A stretch of 63,671 nucleotides of DNA, filler included, from Basidiobolus ranarum (GCA_040143965.1; 23 parts of 23 records of this genome joined end to end with filler, not necessarily neighbours in it), one strand, 5' to 3'. Positions 48,911 through 62,482 are shown, counted from the first letter of the whole stretch. Program-made: numbers and translations. Notes: generated from the sequence alone by a model not told the origin.

Positions 48911-49863
48911 TTAAAACAAACCATTTCTTTGAGCCGTGCCGCGTGCATATTGTCTTAATATCAATAGCTCTATGCGTGTATCTTGGTAGAAAAAGTTAAG
49001 GAGTAGATAGAAATTTCGTAAGATATCACTTGAAAATATGGATCTGAAAGGATACGGATGCCGGTAAAGATTGAAGGGATGATATATAGCGTAGCGCGAA
49101 GCGTTCAGCGCAGTCATTCTTATTAGAGGAGCTAGAATTGCGCTCGGTAGCACCATGCCATCCAAAACTGGGCCAAAGAGGAGAATCTGTGATTCATAAA
49201 TGTTCGTTCACTGCCATACATGCAACCCATTTTCAAGTTAATCGAAGATGGAACTAACCTCAGAATCCCGATAAACATCAACAGCGTACAGACCATTGGG
49301 AGAGGGAGTGATGATGATTTGGACATTTCCAAAATCACCGCCGATAGTGCTGCTTCGGTATTCACGATGGTGCTCATTCCATACAATATGAACATGATCA
49401 TTTCCGATATGACGTTTCTAAGAATTAACAAGCCATACATATTAAGTAATCGCGCAAATAAAGCTGATAATTCCTTTGATTTAACCTTTTTCAATTGCTT
49501 AGGGTCATTTGGATTAGTGGGGATTCTTGTGACATCGTGAAACATCATTTCTACACTTTTGGAGGAATAATATATAGCAGTTTTCCCAGTAGTGGAGTTC
49601 CTCTCCAACCCACCTAGATAACCTTTGTGGGATTCTAATTCCACTTCCTGCCCATGTTCGTGAAGAACTTCTGCGTAAGCTGGGCTTCCCTGAGAAATTG
49701 ATAAAATACTGCGTTCATCTTCTTGCCAAGGTCCAACGGACACCACACCTATGTTCATGGTTTCTCGACTGTAACAAATTTAGAGCGTCATTCAAAAATA
49801 GGTAGGAGTTGTAATGGCGTTACCCTGGTTTTTTATCAAGGCCTCTTATATCTCTGACTAAAG
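48911..49863 (-). CDS. Ral GTPase-activating protein alpha-like (Rap-GAP domain), 5' truncated; introns 49769-49823, 49418-49485 and 49187-49258
   Basis: The spliced product reads GQEVELESHKGYLGGL...EMMFHDVTRIP...KKKRHIGNDHVHIVWNEH..Y....IGGDFGNVQIIITPL...FGPVLDGMV...LIRMTALNAS, like RALGAPA. The 3' end is uncertain. Confidence 0.85.
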
Positions 49864-50095
49864 NNNNNNNNNNNNNNNNNNNNNNNNNNNNNNNNNNNNN
49901 NNNNNNNTTAATTAATTAANNNNNNNNNNNNNNNNNNNNNNNNNNNNNNNNNNNNNNNNNNNNAATTTCTGGTCAATAAATAATTATCTCACAAAGCTAT
50001 TCACAACTCCACTTTTCTAATGTTCCTCCAAACAGCCCATATTTTCCCAATAATGGCAATGGATGGCAATTTGGCTTTCTATAAGTTCTTACAAT

Positions 50096-50436
50096 TGTTA
50101 GATAATAAAGCTTTATTTTACATCTTGGTGAACTTTAGTTATGATGTGTATATCAGAAATAGAAAGCAGTAAATCAATAGTCCTTGTATTCTGAATAGTA
50201 ATACCTCCATATCTACATAACAAGTGTGTCTTAATAACTCCACTTATCTACTATGTATTATTATAGAAGCTCCTGAATATCTACAGCAGTTGATTTAATT
50301 CTCTGCTGTATAAGTCACCATATTATCTTGGGAATAAAATAACCAAAATCACTAATATGAGTTGCCTCTATAATACAAAGTCTATACCAAAAAGTGATTA
50401 AATATTGCTGAACTATATCTTCCACCATTATCCATA
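50096..50436 (+). repeat. Probable third LTR family (D); related sequence at 41412-41562 on the minus strand
   Basis: Starts TGTTAG and shares ATAAGTCACCATA...GAATAAA..AAC with the other copy. Confidence 0.4.
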
Positions 50437-52628
50437 CCCTAACATAAATTTGAGAATTGTTGTCGTAGGAAAAATGTCACATTTTAATTCATTTTGGATT
50501 CACCATTCAATTATCATCATATAATTCTCAAGTTAGATTTGGTTTCTCTCAATTTTTTCAGTTTCAGGAGTAAAATTTCAAGATCTTGCAAAATAGTTGC
50601 ACATGATTGGCTACAATCTCAGAGAACTACAGATCAACATAAGTGCAAAAAACATCACTCAATTTTACAAATTTACCACTTCAACACTAATTTGTCACCT
50701 TCAAAATCCCTTGTCCTTTGATATATTCTTCTGAATATTTTTATAGAGTTCTTCTTACATAAGGTTTAACTCATATCCAACATGAGTTTGTATCAATATC
50801 ACCATCAAAGCCTACCATTGTATCAATGTTGCCAAATCAACATTCTTCAAGCTATCTGGCAGATATCCTGCAATATTGTGCCACTCCATATTAAGTTCCT
50901 CCCAGATATCTGTATGGCCAACACCAGACTGAATGTCAAGTTGAATGTTCTTCTTCTGAAGCCACTTTCTGCATACTTGCACTGCATTTTTCCCTTCAAA
51001 CTTTTGAAAATACTTGTCAAGCACTTTGCCTATTTTTATATGTCCTTGTAGTGTGACACTATTGAGGATGCTTTGCAGCTTTGTGTGGCTTTTTGCTTGC
51101 CTTTAACTTGGGGGCTAATTTCAACACTTTGAAAAGTACAAGTTGAGGTTGGAGAGCTGTGAGTTTTATTTGCTGGTGTTTTGACTTGTTAGTAGGTGCC
51201 TGGTGTTGGATAAACCTCTGAATTTGGCACTCTTCCAACTGGTATACCTGGTTCCATGGTGAAATTAAGCTTTTTTGCCAGTATATCTGACTCTGGAAAT
51301 GCAGATCTTCATAATGGTGTGACTAATTTGGCAAGTGGGACAGTAGAGCCTACACTCACTGGCTCCTTTGTTTTTCCCTTGGGTTTACTAACTTCCTGCT
51401 CCTTCAGTACTTCTTTAGCTGCTTTTCTTTCTTTTCCCAGTTGAGAATTGCATACATTTTTGAGATATTGCATGAATAGGCCTATATTAGCCCAATTACC
51501 ATTTGCTTGTAAAAACCCAGGATGAGCCAGATGAAACAAGGCAGGAACCTTCAGAGTAACACCTGGTTTTTTGTTTTACCATGATTGGCTCAAATCCAGG
51601 TGATTTTGGGCAACATTTTGCACAGCTTCCAAAATGTTAAACCAATCATCATCAGAGCAAGTGATGGCAGCTCTGACATTCAGAGTCTTTTGGTTTGCTG
51701 GTTTTCCTATGAGATTTCTACTCTCATGTGCCCAAGCAATTTTGGGTCATTGTGTAGGCTTAATGGTCCGACATGTATTCTGCTCTGCTAGATTATTGTG
51801 ATGACATTCATATGTATGGTGTGGGATTGCTTGAAATCCCATATGAGAATGGACAGAGGGAGCAGCATGTTGCTGTAGCTCAGGTACGGCATTTTGAAGG
51901 TCTTGTATCATTGTTGAGTGACTCTCTAACTGTTGACTGGTTGCTTTCAAACACTGCATAAAATGCAATATTGCAGCATTATTGCTTGTCATGGCCTGTA
52001 TAACAACTTCATAGTTTTTACTTATGATTTCATACAAATCATTACAGTGTTCTGCCTGCACTTCCCTTGTTGTAATAATTCTATCCAAATTTTTTAGAGA
52101 GGGTTGTGCAATAGTGGGTAAAGTAGCCATTTTGGAAGTTGATGGTCTTGACAGTGTTTTGGTTAGACTTTGCTCAACTATTGACTTACTGCATAAATGG
52201 GGGATTACAATCTCTTTGCTTGCACTATTGCTGGAAAGGAACACATCTGGTAAATTGCTTAATGCTTCATCATTAGTTGAGTTAGTTTCTGGCATGTTAA
52301 CACCTTCCAAAGTAGATAGTTGATTGCTAGACTGCTCATCAATTAAGTTCTCTGTTCTTGCTGGTTTTTTTCCTTTTGTGCCAGCAGGCTTTCGCTTGGA
52401 AGCCAATTTTGATTACAATTTTGATTACAATTTTGAATGCTTTTTGAATGGCATTGAAATTTTCAGATGGTAAACTTGGTGTAATGAAATTGCTTAGAAA
52501 CAGCTTATAATAAATCAAAATTGTCATCCAATACCGGAAATATCTTGTAAATCCCTTGATGACCCATCTGTGACACCATCTCAGAATCAGCTGATGATAT
52601 TGCGGGGCTATACCTAAGATACCACCCC
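50437..52628 (-). mobile_element. CMC/EnSpm left arm: terminus, whole decayed ORF2, part of intergenic region
   Basis: CCCTAACATAAATTTGAG at 50437; ORF2 pieces 51747-52406, 51309-51539 and 50812-51024 are collinear. Confidence 0.85.
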
Positions 52629-52728
52629 NNNNNNNNNNNNNNNNNNNNNNNNNNNNNNNNNNNNNNNNNNNNTTAATTAATTAANNNNNNNNNNNNNNNN
52701 NNNNNNNNNNNNNNNNNNNNNNNNNNNN

Positions 52729-52912
52729 TTTGAAATTTCTAATATGGAATTGCTAATTCTCACATTATTGAAATATATATATAATATATGTTTCAATTTT
52801 CAGCTAAGTGATATTTGACTAAGTAATGTTGACTAACTTATATGTGATATATGAAATAGTTAGGTGTAAAAGATAGAGATAATAAATATGATAAAGATAA
52901 TAAACTTCAACA
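52729..52912 (-). repeat. Partial copia LTR, family B
   Basis: Ends in AAACTTCAACA. Confidence 0.8.
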
Positions 52913-55392
52913 CTCATCAATGAAGTTCTCTGTTCTTACTGGTTTTTTTTCTTTCATGCCCATAGGCTTGTGTTTGGAAGCCAATTTTGATTTTGCTTTT
53001 AATTGCAAATCGAATGGCATTGAAACTTTTGGATGGTAAACTTGGTGGAGTGAACTTGCTAAGAAACTGCTTATAATAAGCCAAAATTACCATCCATTAC
53101 TGGAAATATTATGTAAATCCCTTGTTGACTCATCTGTGACACCATATCACAATTAAGTGATGATATTGACAGGCTATAACTAAAATATCATCCTTGTGTA
53201 GGAGGTGTTCTATTTTCTACAATATCCTTCTCATGCCAGAACACAAATATTTAGAGAAGCCCTACAATTATTGTCACAAATTTGTGTGCTATGATAGTTA
53301 GAGGCTTTAGAGCAAAAATAATCTCAACACAGTCACTGTGCAAAGCCTGCTGATTATCAACAGTATTAAGTGCACAAAATAGACTTTAGTTTTGCCCACT
53401 GAGTCCACATGCTGTGCTTTGCCTCAAAGTTTTGGTAACACTGCCAAAAGTACAGATACAGTGGAGTTACTGCAGATATATGAGCAGAATGATGTAGGTA
53501 GAAATGCAACTTTGGTCAAAGGTGTAAGTCCAGACAACGTTTAGGGCATGATGCTTGATGTTGATCTTGGTTATTCAAGTACTAATGGTAGTATATCTGA
53601 AGTTAAAGAAGACAACAATGATTTTGTCATGCACTCTTTGTTATTGGCAAGCATTAGCCCACTCCTAACATGTACAGTGATGGAAGTGGCTTTGACAATT
53701 GCAGAGTGGAGAGGGTAGTTTGGCTTTCACCAGTGATCTGATAAGCCAAACATCATGTACTGTTTGCACACAATTGGCAATCACTGCACCTGGTAAACAT
53801 GGTTCATATTTGGCTTACATATGATTGATTTTCCATCTTTAAGTTTTGATGAAATCACCAAAGTATAGATCATTGATCCAATACCAAAGTACTCACTGTG
53901 AAGCTGATGGTATTACTAATATACATGGTGGATATCAATATTGGAATCTGGAAAGTCAAGGTTTCTTTGAGAATACATATGATCATGCATTTGCATTGGC
54001 TCTGAATGGTTTCTCACTAAACAAATATACAGTTGCAAAGGCTTGCTGGCCAATAATTTCAATTGACTTAAAACTTCCTCCTTCTGAATGGTATAACAGT
54101 CATAATATCTTGATTCTATCAATCATATTTGGATCTAAATCACCAGTGCTTCTAGATAGCTACTTGGAGCGTTTAATTATGGAATTGCAATAGTTATCTA
54201 ATGGGGTTCAGATGGGTGAATATCTTATGAAAGCTATTATCATTGTATTTATTGGAGACACTCCTGCCATCAGTAAACCTGGAGGTTTTTGCAGGCACAA
54301 TGCACTATCTTGCTGTAGATTTTGTCAAATCAATAGAGTCAACTCTATCAAGCATATGCATTACTTCTATCCGAATACAAAACTAAGCTCCATGAGTTTA
54401 CCATCAAGAGCCCAGTCAGATTTAAACATGATGACTGATATTAATTCACTAGAGACTTAGTCTGACATCAAACTTGCTATTAGCCATAAGCCTAAGATAA
54501 TAATGCTGAAGGGGATCAGCAGGAGCCAAAGCTTCCCATTAGGCACTATACACTTACTACTCAACAACATTCTAATGCTACTTACTCAGCTACATAGAAA
54601 AAAAATTAAATATGAATGCGCAATTTGAGACAGGATCAAAGTTTGAATCAATTGGGATAATACTTGAAAATGTCAAGAGATCATCATATTTTGCAAGGAC
54701 TCCCATCAATATCCACTTATCTAGGTGTTTATTTAAGTGCAAAGACTCCAAGTATTGGACTTTTATTTGTTCAAGTGGAATCTTGAAGAGCTTTCTGCCT
54801 GATAAGTATTGGCAACATTGGGAGCTGTCAGTGAATACTGTTAATATATTCCTATTGCATCAACTCACATTTGCAGATCTCAGATAGATATAGCAACTGT
54901 GCAAAGATTTTGTAATTAGATATGAAAAACTTTATTACTGGTTTAAAGAAGATAGACTGAATCTATGCCAGTATTCAATACATTCCCTGCTGCATCTTTC
55001 ACAATGCTTAGAGATTTTAGGACCTTGCTATACATTTTGGGAGTTCCCAATGGAGTGCACCTGCAGTGGAATGATAGTCTATGTGAAATTATCAGTATTA
55101 CCATATGCTAATCTAATTAACAACGTATCAGCAAAATCAGTGATGGATGTAATGTGATGGGTTAAGTAGACTACAGAGCATATTAACCTTCCAACCAAGG
55201 GCTCTTTCCAATGTGCTCATGGGTTTTTGCATTGTTTGAGCACAATACCAGCAACAAAACCCAATCCATGGACTCAGAGTAAGCACCTCTATAATTTGGA
55301 CTAATTTGTTTCTATGCTAATATGACATTATTTCTAGGAATGCTGCCAGGCAGACTTCTTGGGGAGATAGATTGAGATACACAGTATTACTG
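52913..55392 (+). mobile_element. CMC/EnSpm element: ORF2 start, intergenic region, decayed transposase
   Basis: ACWPIISIDLKLPPSEWY...SPVLLDSYLERLI and FIGDTPAISK. Confidence 0.85.
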
Positions 55393-55584
55393 NNNNNNNN
55401 NNNNNNNNNNNNNNNNNNNNNNNNNNNNNNNNNNNNTTAATTAATTAANNNNNNNNNNNNNNNNNNNNNNNNNNNNNNNNNNNNNNNNNNNNTCTTGTCT
55501 TGTCTTGTGGTCTACACCCAAGTACTCTCCTGCCTTCTAGCCTCTTGTTGTTGTTCCCAGTCCTTGTCCAGTTCCTTATTGTGA

Positions 55585-58153
55585 CAAATACAGGTTATTG
55601 CTCCATTACCAAAGTACTCACCATAATGCTGGTGGTATTATCAATATTTCTGATGTACCTGACAACCAGAATCTGAAAAGTCTTACTAACTGGTGTTTTT
55701 CCTATTGTGCCATAAGGCTTTTTGTTGGAAGCTAATTTTGACTTAGATTTTGAATAGTTTTTGAATGTCATTGAGATATTCCAATGGTAAACTTGGTGAT
55801 CACAGACCTGGTACAAGTGGAAAACACTAGTCAATTGTATGACTTACATTCCTTCAGTAATTAAGTTACCTACATGTCCAAATGGTTGTTTGGCTTTCAT
55901 CAGTGATCTGAAAAACCTGAAGTCATGTACTGTTTGCACACAATTGGTAATCAATGATGCAGATAAATATTGTTCATACTTGGCTTACATACTGTTGATT
56001 GCCCACCTTAGAGTTTTGAAGAAATCACCCAAATGTAAATTGTGGATCCAATACCAAAGTACTCATCATAGGGCTGATGGTATTAGCTAAATACCTGATG
56101 GACATCACTACCAGAATCTGAAAAGTCAAGGTTTCTTTGAGAACACATATGATCTTGCATATGCATTGGCTCTGGATTGTTTCTCACTAAACAAATCAAA
56201 CATTGGAAAGGCTTGCTGACCAATAAATTTAATTAACTTAGATCATATTCATTCTGTATAGTATAAGATTTTAAATATTTTGATACTATCCATCATATCT
56301 GGACCTAAATCACCAGTGCCAATAGATAGCTTCTTGGAGCCTTTGATTGTTAAATTTGAATAGTTATCTAATGGGGTTCAGATGGGTGAATATCATATTA
56401 AAGCTACTATCATTATATGTATTGGTGACACTCCTGCCATCAATAAACTTGCAGGTTCTGGTGGCTGCAATGCACTATCATGCTGTAGATTTTGTCAAAT
56501 CAATGAAGTTACTCTATCAGGCACATGCATTAATACTATCCAAATACAATGCCAAAATTCATGATTTTAATATCAAGAGCCTGGTCAGATTTTCACAAGC
56601 TCACCAATATCAATTCACAAAATAGTCAGCCTAAGATCAAACTTAGTCTTAGCCATGAGCCTAAGATCATATTGCTAATGGGGATCAACTGGAGCCAAAG
56701 CTTCCCATCAAGCACTATGCACTTACTATCCAACAACATTCCAATAATACTTACTCAGCTATATAGTGGAGAATTTAATATGAATGCGCCATTTGAGATA
56801 GGATCAAAGTTTGAATCAATTTTGAAAATGCTTGAAATCATCACAATACCACCATATTTTACCAGGACTCTCATGAATTACCACTCATCTGGGTATTTAT
56901 TCAAATGTAAAGACTGGAAGTATTGGATTTGTATATATTGAAGAGGAATCTTGAAAAGATTTCTACCTGATAAGTATAGGCAACATTGGGAGTTATTTGT
57001 GGATATTGTTAATATATTCATATAGTAACAAATCACATTAAAGGGTTAAAGAAGATCAACTGAATCTATGAGGGTATTCCATATATTCCCTGCTGCATCT
57101 TTTACAATGTTTAGAGAGTATAGGCCCTTTCTCTACATTTTAGGAGATCCCAATGGAGCACACCTGCAGTGAAATGATGCATATGGTGAAATGATGCACC
57201 ATGTGAGATTGTCTATATTACTATATGATAGTCTGGTCAACATTATGTCAGCAAAATCAGAAATGGGCACAATGCAATTGGTTAAGGAGACTCCAGAATA
57301 TATTAACCTTTTAACAAGGGGCTCTTTTGGATGTGCTCATGAGTTTATGCATTGTTTGAGCCCAATAACAGCAACAAAACCCAATCCTTGGACACACAGT
57401 AAGCTCCTCTATATATCAGGCTAACTTGTTTTTGTGATAATCTGATGATATCTCCAAGAAAGCTGCAAGACAGACTGTTTGGCAAGATATATTAAAGTAC
57501 ATGGTATTATTGTTTTAGCCATGGAGTAATCTATTCAAGCAATGATGCATCTACTTGTGGCAGGACATTTTTGACTGCAAGTCAGGGATATTTTGGCTGA
57601 ATTCTGTTTGGAAATTTGACAAAATCAGAAAGCTTATTTTCCTTGTGAATGGTAACAAGAGTCAGCTGTTTGCCAAGTATCAGTGCTATTCAAAATTTCA
57701 GATCTTTAGCAATTTTTCCACTGTTAGTTTGCTGGTATATCATATTGATGTTGTTGGGTTATGTTTGATCAGTCAAGTATGTGCATTTGTAGGGACTAAA
57801 CATAACCAGATTCTTGTATTTTTTGATTATCATTATGGCTGGAATACAAAGCCTAAGATATCTAAATATAAGCATGCGTATTAATTTGTATTCCTACAGC
57901 AGTAAATCTGGTAATTTGCCATTTGAAAATTATTTATAGAATACCATCAAAATAGCATCAAGATGCCACTGTCTGACCATCAAGATCCCTGGCAGAATGA
58001 AAGCCACCAATATTGTAATGGTTCTCTGGCAGTTTTCAGCCAATATCCCCGACTTGCAGTCAACAAATGTCCTGCCACAAGTAGATGTGTCATTGCTTGA
58101 ATAGATTACCCCATGGCTAAAACAATAATACTGCGTATCTCCATCTATCTCAC
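55585..58153 (+). mobile_element. Rearranged CMC/EnSpm transposase pseudogene
   Basis: CPNGCLAF, CIGDTPAINKL and FKCKDWKYW, with inverted fragments at both ends. Confidence 0.85.
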
Positions 58154-59065
58154 NNNNNNNNNNNNNNNNNNNNNNNNNNNNNNNNNNNNNNNNNNNNTTA
58201 ATTAATTAANNNNNNNNNNNNNNNNNNNNNNNNNNNNNNNNNNNNNNNNNNNNCATCACTATGTTTATAAAGAAACTGAGTCACATGGCTCAAGAACATA
58301 TCCATTTTAGATCTACTTGCATGAGTTACAGTGAGATGAAAAAAATTGGCAGTAAAGGCCTCACACTTGCCTATTGTATGTAGTTTCATGGTACCTTCCT
58401 TAGACCACTGTTTATTAGCAGTATATAGTCAGTCAGTACTCATCTAGGCTTCCTGTTGATAGGATGGATAGAGAGCATCAACACCGTTTTTTTGTAGCTA
58501 AATAATCAATTTGACCATAAACGAATTTATATACTGGCCCATTTAAAGTCAATGGCAATATAATTCAATCAAATTTAGTATTATCGGAGTGAGTACTATT
58601 TATACACAGGTTATGGAATTATCCATGAATACTCTTAATTCCTGTGAAAGCTATCCGAAATAGTATGTCATCATTACCATCTTGTGCATAGGAATCAACC
58701 AGTCCATCGCTTACTCCTTATACTACTTTTTTTCCATGTAAATTTAGACAAGGCACTGTGGCGAATGTAACTTTGATCTATTCAATATAATATACTCGGT
58801 TTCCCCAAGCAGCTTCTCTTGCTACTTTTTTTATACTCTTATTACTACTTTGAAGTATTTTTCTTATAGAAGAGTCTGGCTCTAACTCTCTAATTTACTT
58901 CATATTGAGTGTTAGGTATTTCTACAACTCTCGAAAATCCATATCTGTGTAAATTAGTCCATCTATAAAGTAGAAGTCTAACATATAGGTTGTATCGTCC
59001 CAGAGGTTACATACACCTACAGAAATCTAATTTTATCCCTCGCATATAAAGTCTGACTATCTACC

Positions 59066-60913
59066 ATGACGACAGACTTTTTGCGATATGTGGAAAATGT
59101 GTTGACTTCTATAAGTCAAGGCAACTTTCAAAACAATTCCATCATAAATCCTGCTACAACTGATATGGAAAGAAAAGTAGAACTCGCTTTACAACAAGTG
59201 ATACTACGACAGAATCTTCTTGAAGGACAAGTGGAGAATTATCAACAAAGGTTAGAAAAGGAACTTCAGACCGATCGTTTAGTGACAAACGAAGAGACCC
59301 ATGGTTTTATAGCAGTAGAGAAAAGCCAAATAGTGAAAAATGACGGTGATATACATGCTAATTTAACCCAGGCTGAACAACTCGCTTTTCTACCACATAC
59401 ACAATATTCTAATCTCTTATCAAATTCTGAAGACGACTCTTTATTTACCTCTCGTACCTCCTCTTTTACTGGCGAGAATATGGATTATATCTCAAATTGT
59501 ATTGAGGAATGTACTAGTGTTGCTGATGCTATTACCAACGGAGATCTCACCCAACGCGTCACATGTCAAAAGTTATCAGGCTCTGCTTTAAAATTGAAAA
59601 GTGCTGTTAATGGTATGGCGGAGAGATTAGAAACATTGACTTCAGAAGTACTTCACGTACAACATGAAATGGCTGAAATGGGAAAATTATGTATTCAAGG
59701 CGAAACTGAAAATTGGAACGGCTCTTGGAAAGATATCATGATCAATATTAATCGAGTAGCCGCTACTCATTCTGAACAAGTTCGAGATATTGCTGAAGTG
59801 TGCACCTCTGTAGCTCAAGGTGATTTATCCAAGAAAATTACTGTAGACCTCAAAGGGGAGACATTATTACTAAAAAACACCATTAATACTATGGTCGATC
59901 AATTGAATTCGTTTGCGTCCGAGGTTACTCGTGTAGCTCATGAAGTTGGAACTGAAGGTAAATTAGGCGTCCAAGCTGATGTTCCCGGGGTGGGAGGTAC
60001 ATGGAAATTGCTAACAGATAACGTGAACTTGATGGCCTCAAACCTCACCGATCAAGTTAGAGATATTGCGAGTGTTAGTAAAGCTGTTGCTAGAGGTGAT
60101 TTATCTAAAACCGTTACCGTCAATGTCAAAGGTGAAATGCATGAGTTAAAGACCACGATAAATACTATGGTTGATCAATTGCAAACGTTTGCTACCGAGG
60201 TAACACGAGTATCTCTTGAGGTTGGTACAGAGGGTAAGTTAGGTGGACAAGCTGTCGTCAAAGATGTTGGAGGTACTTGGAAAGATCTAACCGATAATGT
60301 CAACTTGATGGCTTCCAACCTCACTGATCAAGTCCGTGATATCGCTAATGTGAGTAAAGCGGTGGCTAAAGGTGATTTATCAAAGAAAGTTACTGTCGAT
60401 GTCAAAGGAGAGATCAACGAGCTTAAGATGACGATCAATACCATGGTGGATCAATTACAGACGTTTGCATCTGAAGTCACTCGAGTTGCTCGAGAAGTAG
60501 GTACAGAAGGCAAACTTGGAGGCCAAGCTGTTGTCAAAGATGTTGGAGGTACTTGGAAGGACCTCACCGATAATGTTAATCTGATGGCCTCTAATCTCAC
60601 AGATCAAGTCCGTGACATTGCTAATGTGAGTAAGGCCATTTCAGTTGGTGATTTATCAAAGAAAGTTACTGTCGACGTCAAAGGAGAGATCAACGAGCTA
60701 AAGGTAACAATCAATACCATGGTGGATCAACTACAGACGTTTGCATCTGAAGTCACTCGTGTAGCCCGAGAAGTAGGTACAGAAGGCAAACTTGGAGGCC
60801 AGGCTGTTGTCAAAGATGTTGGAGGTACTTGGAAGGACCTCACCGATAATGTTAATCTGATGGCCTCTAATCTCACAGATCAAGTCCGTGACATTGCTAA
60901 TGTGAGTAAGGCC
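59066..60913 (+). CDS. NIK1: Group III hybrid histidine kinase (NIK1/OS-1 type), N-terminal poly-HAMP region, 3' truncated
   Basis: 92-aa repeats of [78 protein letters not shown]; five units plus the start of a sixth. Confidence 0.92.
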
Positions 60914-61123
60914 NNNNNNNNNNNNNNNNNNNNNNNNNNNNNNNNNNNNNNNNNNNNTTAATTAATTAANNNNNNNNNNNNNNNNNNNNNNNNNNNNNNN
61001 NNNNNNNNNNNNNCCACAAAAATGTATAAATGCTTAATTTCTGGTCAATAAATCATTATCTCACAAAGCAATTCACAACTCCACTTTTCTAAAGTTCCTC
61101 CAAACAGCCCATATTTTCCCAAT

Positions 61124-62482
61124 ATATAAGTCATATAATTGACAAGTGTTTTCCACTTGTGCCAGGTCTGTGGCAAGCAACAGTTGCCAACCAACTGTGG
61201 TAAAAGTGTAAGAAAACCACTAAACACCTGGTTGCTAAGATTGAATTGAACTCTCCACTCCTCAATAATCAAAGCTGCTTCCTTTACAGTAAGTTTTATG
61301 AGTGGAGTATTGTTTGCCAAAACAAAGAGTCCATAGAAAACCATCATCTTCTTCTTCAACTTCTGACATAATACCATTGGTACTGGACTAACCAAGGTCA
61401 ACATCTAGCAGCAAGTCCTCAAAGTGTCTGGACTTACTGGTTTGACCAAAGTTGCATTTCTACCAACATCATTCTGATCATATAACTGTGGTAACTCCAC
61501 AGTATCTTGACTTTTGGCAGTATTACCAGAACTTTGAGGCAAAGAACAGTCAGTGGACTCAATGGGCAAAACTAAAGTTGATTTAGTGCACTTATTACTG
61601 TTGTTATTCACCAGACTTTGTGCAGCTGGTGGCTTTGTACAGTGACCATGCTTGTGATTATTTTTTCTATGAAGCCTATGGTTTTCATAGCACAAGAATT
61701 TATGATAATAATTATTGGGAAAATTTGCACTGTTTGAGGAACTTTAAAACAGTGGAGTTATGGATAGCTTTGTGGGATAATTATTTATTGTCCAGAAATA
61801 AAGAATTTAAACATTTTGGCAGAAATACAGAAAAATAACACTAGGGTTGTGTTCAGAACATCTGTGGGATCAAAATGAGCTATCTTTGGTACAATTTGGA
61901 TGAGTTTGAAATTTCCAATATGGAATTGCTAATTCTCACATTATTCACATATATATATAATATATGTTGTTATTTTCAGTTAGGTGATATTTAACTAAGT
62001 AATGTCAGCTAACTTATATGTGATATATGAAATAGGTAGGTGTATAAAGATAGAGATAAGAAATATGATAAAGACAATAAACTTCAACAATAATTGCAGG
62101 GCCTCTTTAAATATTTGTGTTGCAGCATGAGAAGGATATTGTAGAAAAAGAACACCTCCTATGTAAGGGTGATATTTCAGGTACAGCCCATCAATATCAT
62201 CAGCTGATTCTAAGATGGAGTCACAGATGAGTCATCAAGGGATTTACCAGATATTTCGGGTAATAGATGGCAATGTTGGCTTATTATAAGCTGTTTCTAA
62301 GCTCTTTCATTCCACCAAGTTTACCATCTGAAAATTTCCATGTCATTCAAATACTTTCAAAATTAAAATCAAAATTGGCTACCAAGCCAAAGCCTGCTGG
62401 CACAAAAGGAAAAAAACCAGCAAGAACAGAGGACTTAATTGATGAGCAGTCTAGCAATCAACTATCCACCTTGGAAGGCATT
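61124..62482 (-). mobile_element. CMC/EnSpm core (transposase N-terminus, intergenic region, ORF2 start) interrupted and flanked by family B LTRs
   Basis: Collinear with about 31710-32690 apart from the LTR insertion; a partial LTR-B lies at 61014-61123. Confidence 0.85.
61713..62089 (-). repeat. Solo LTR, family B (377 bp), with 5-bp TSD ATAAT
   Basis: ATAAT at 61708-61712 and 62090-62094; the host transposase sequence resumes after it. Confidence 0.9.

Noticed and set aside
2687-61013. Regularly spaced TTAATTAATTAA repeats resembling an array
   Set aside because: Synthetic linker embedded in N runs; not biological and not CRISPR.
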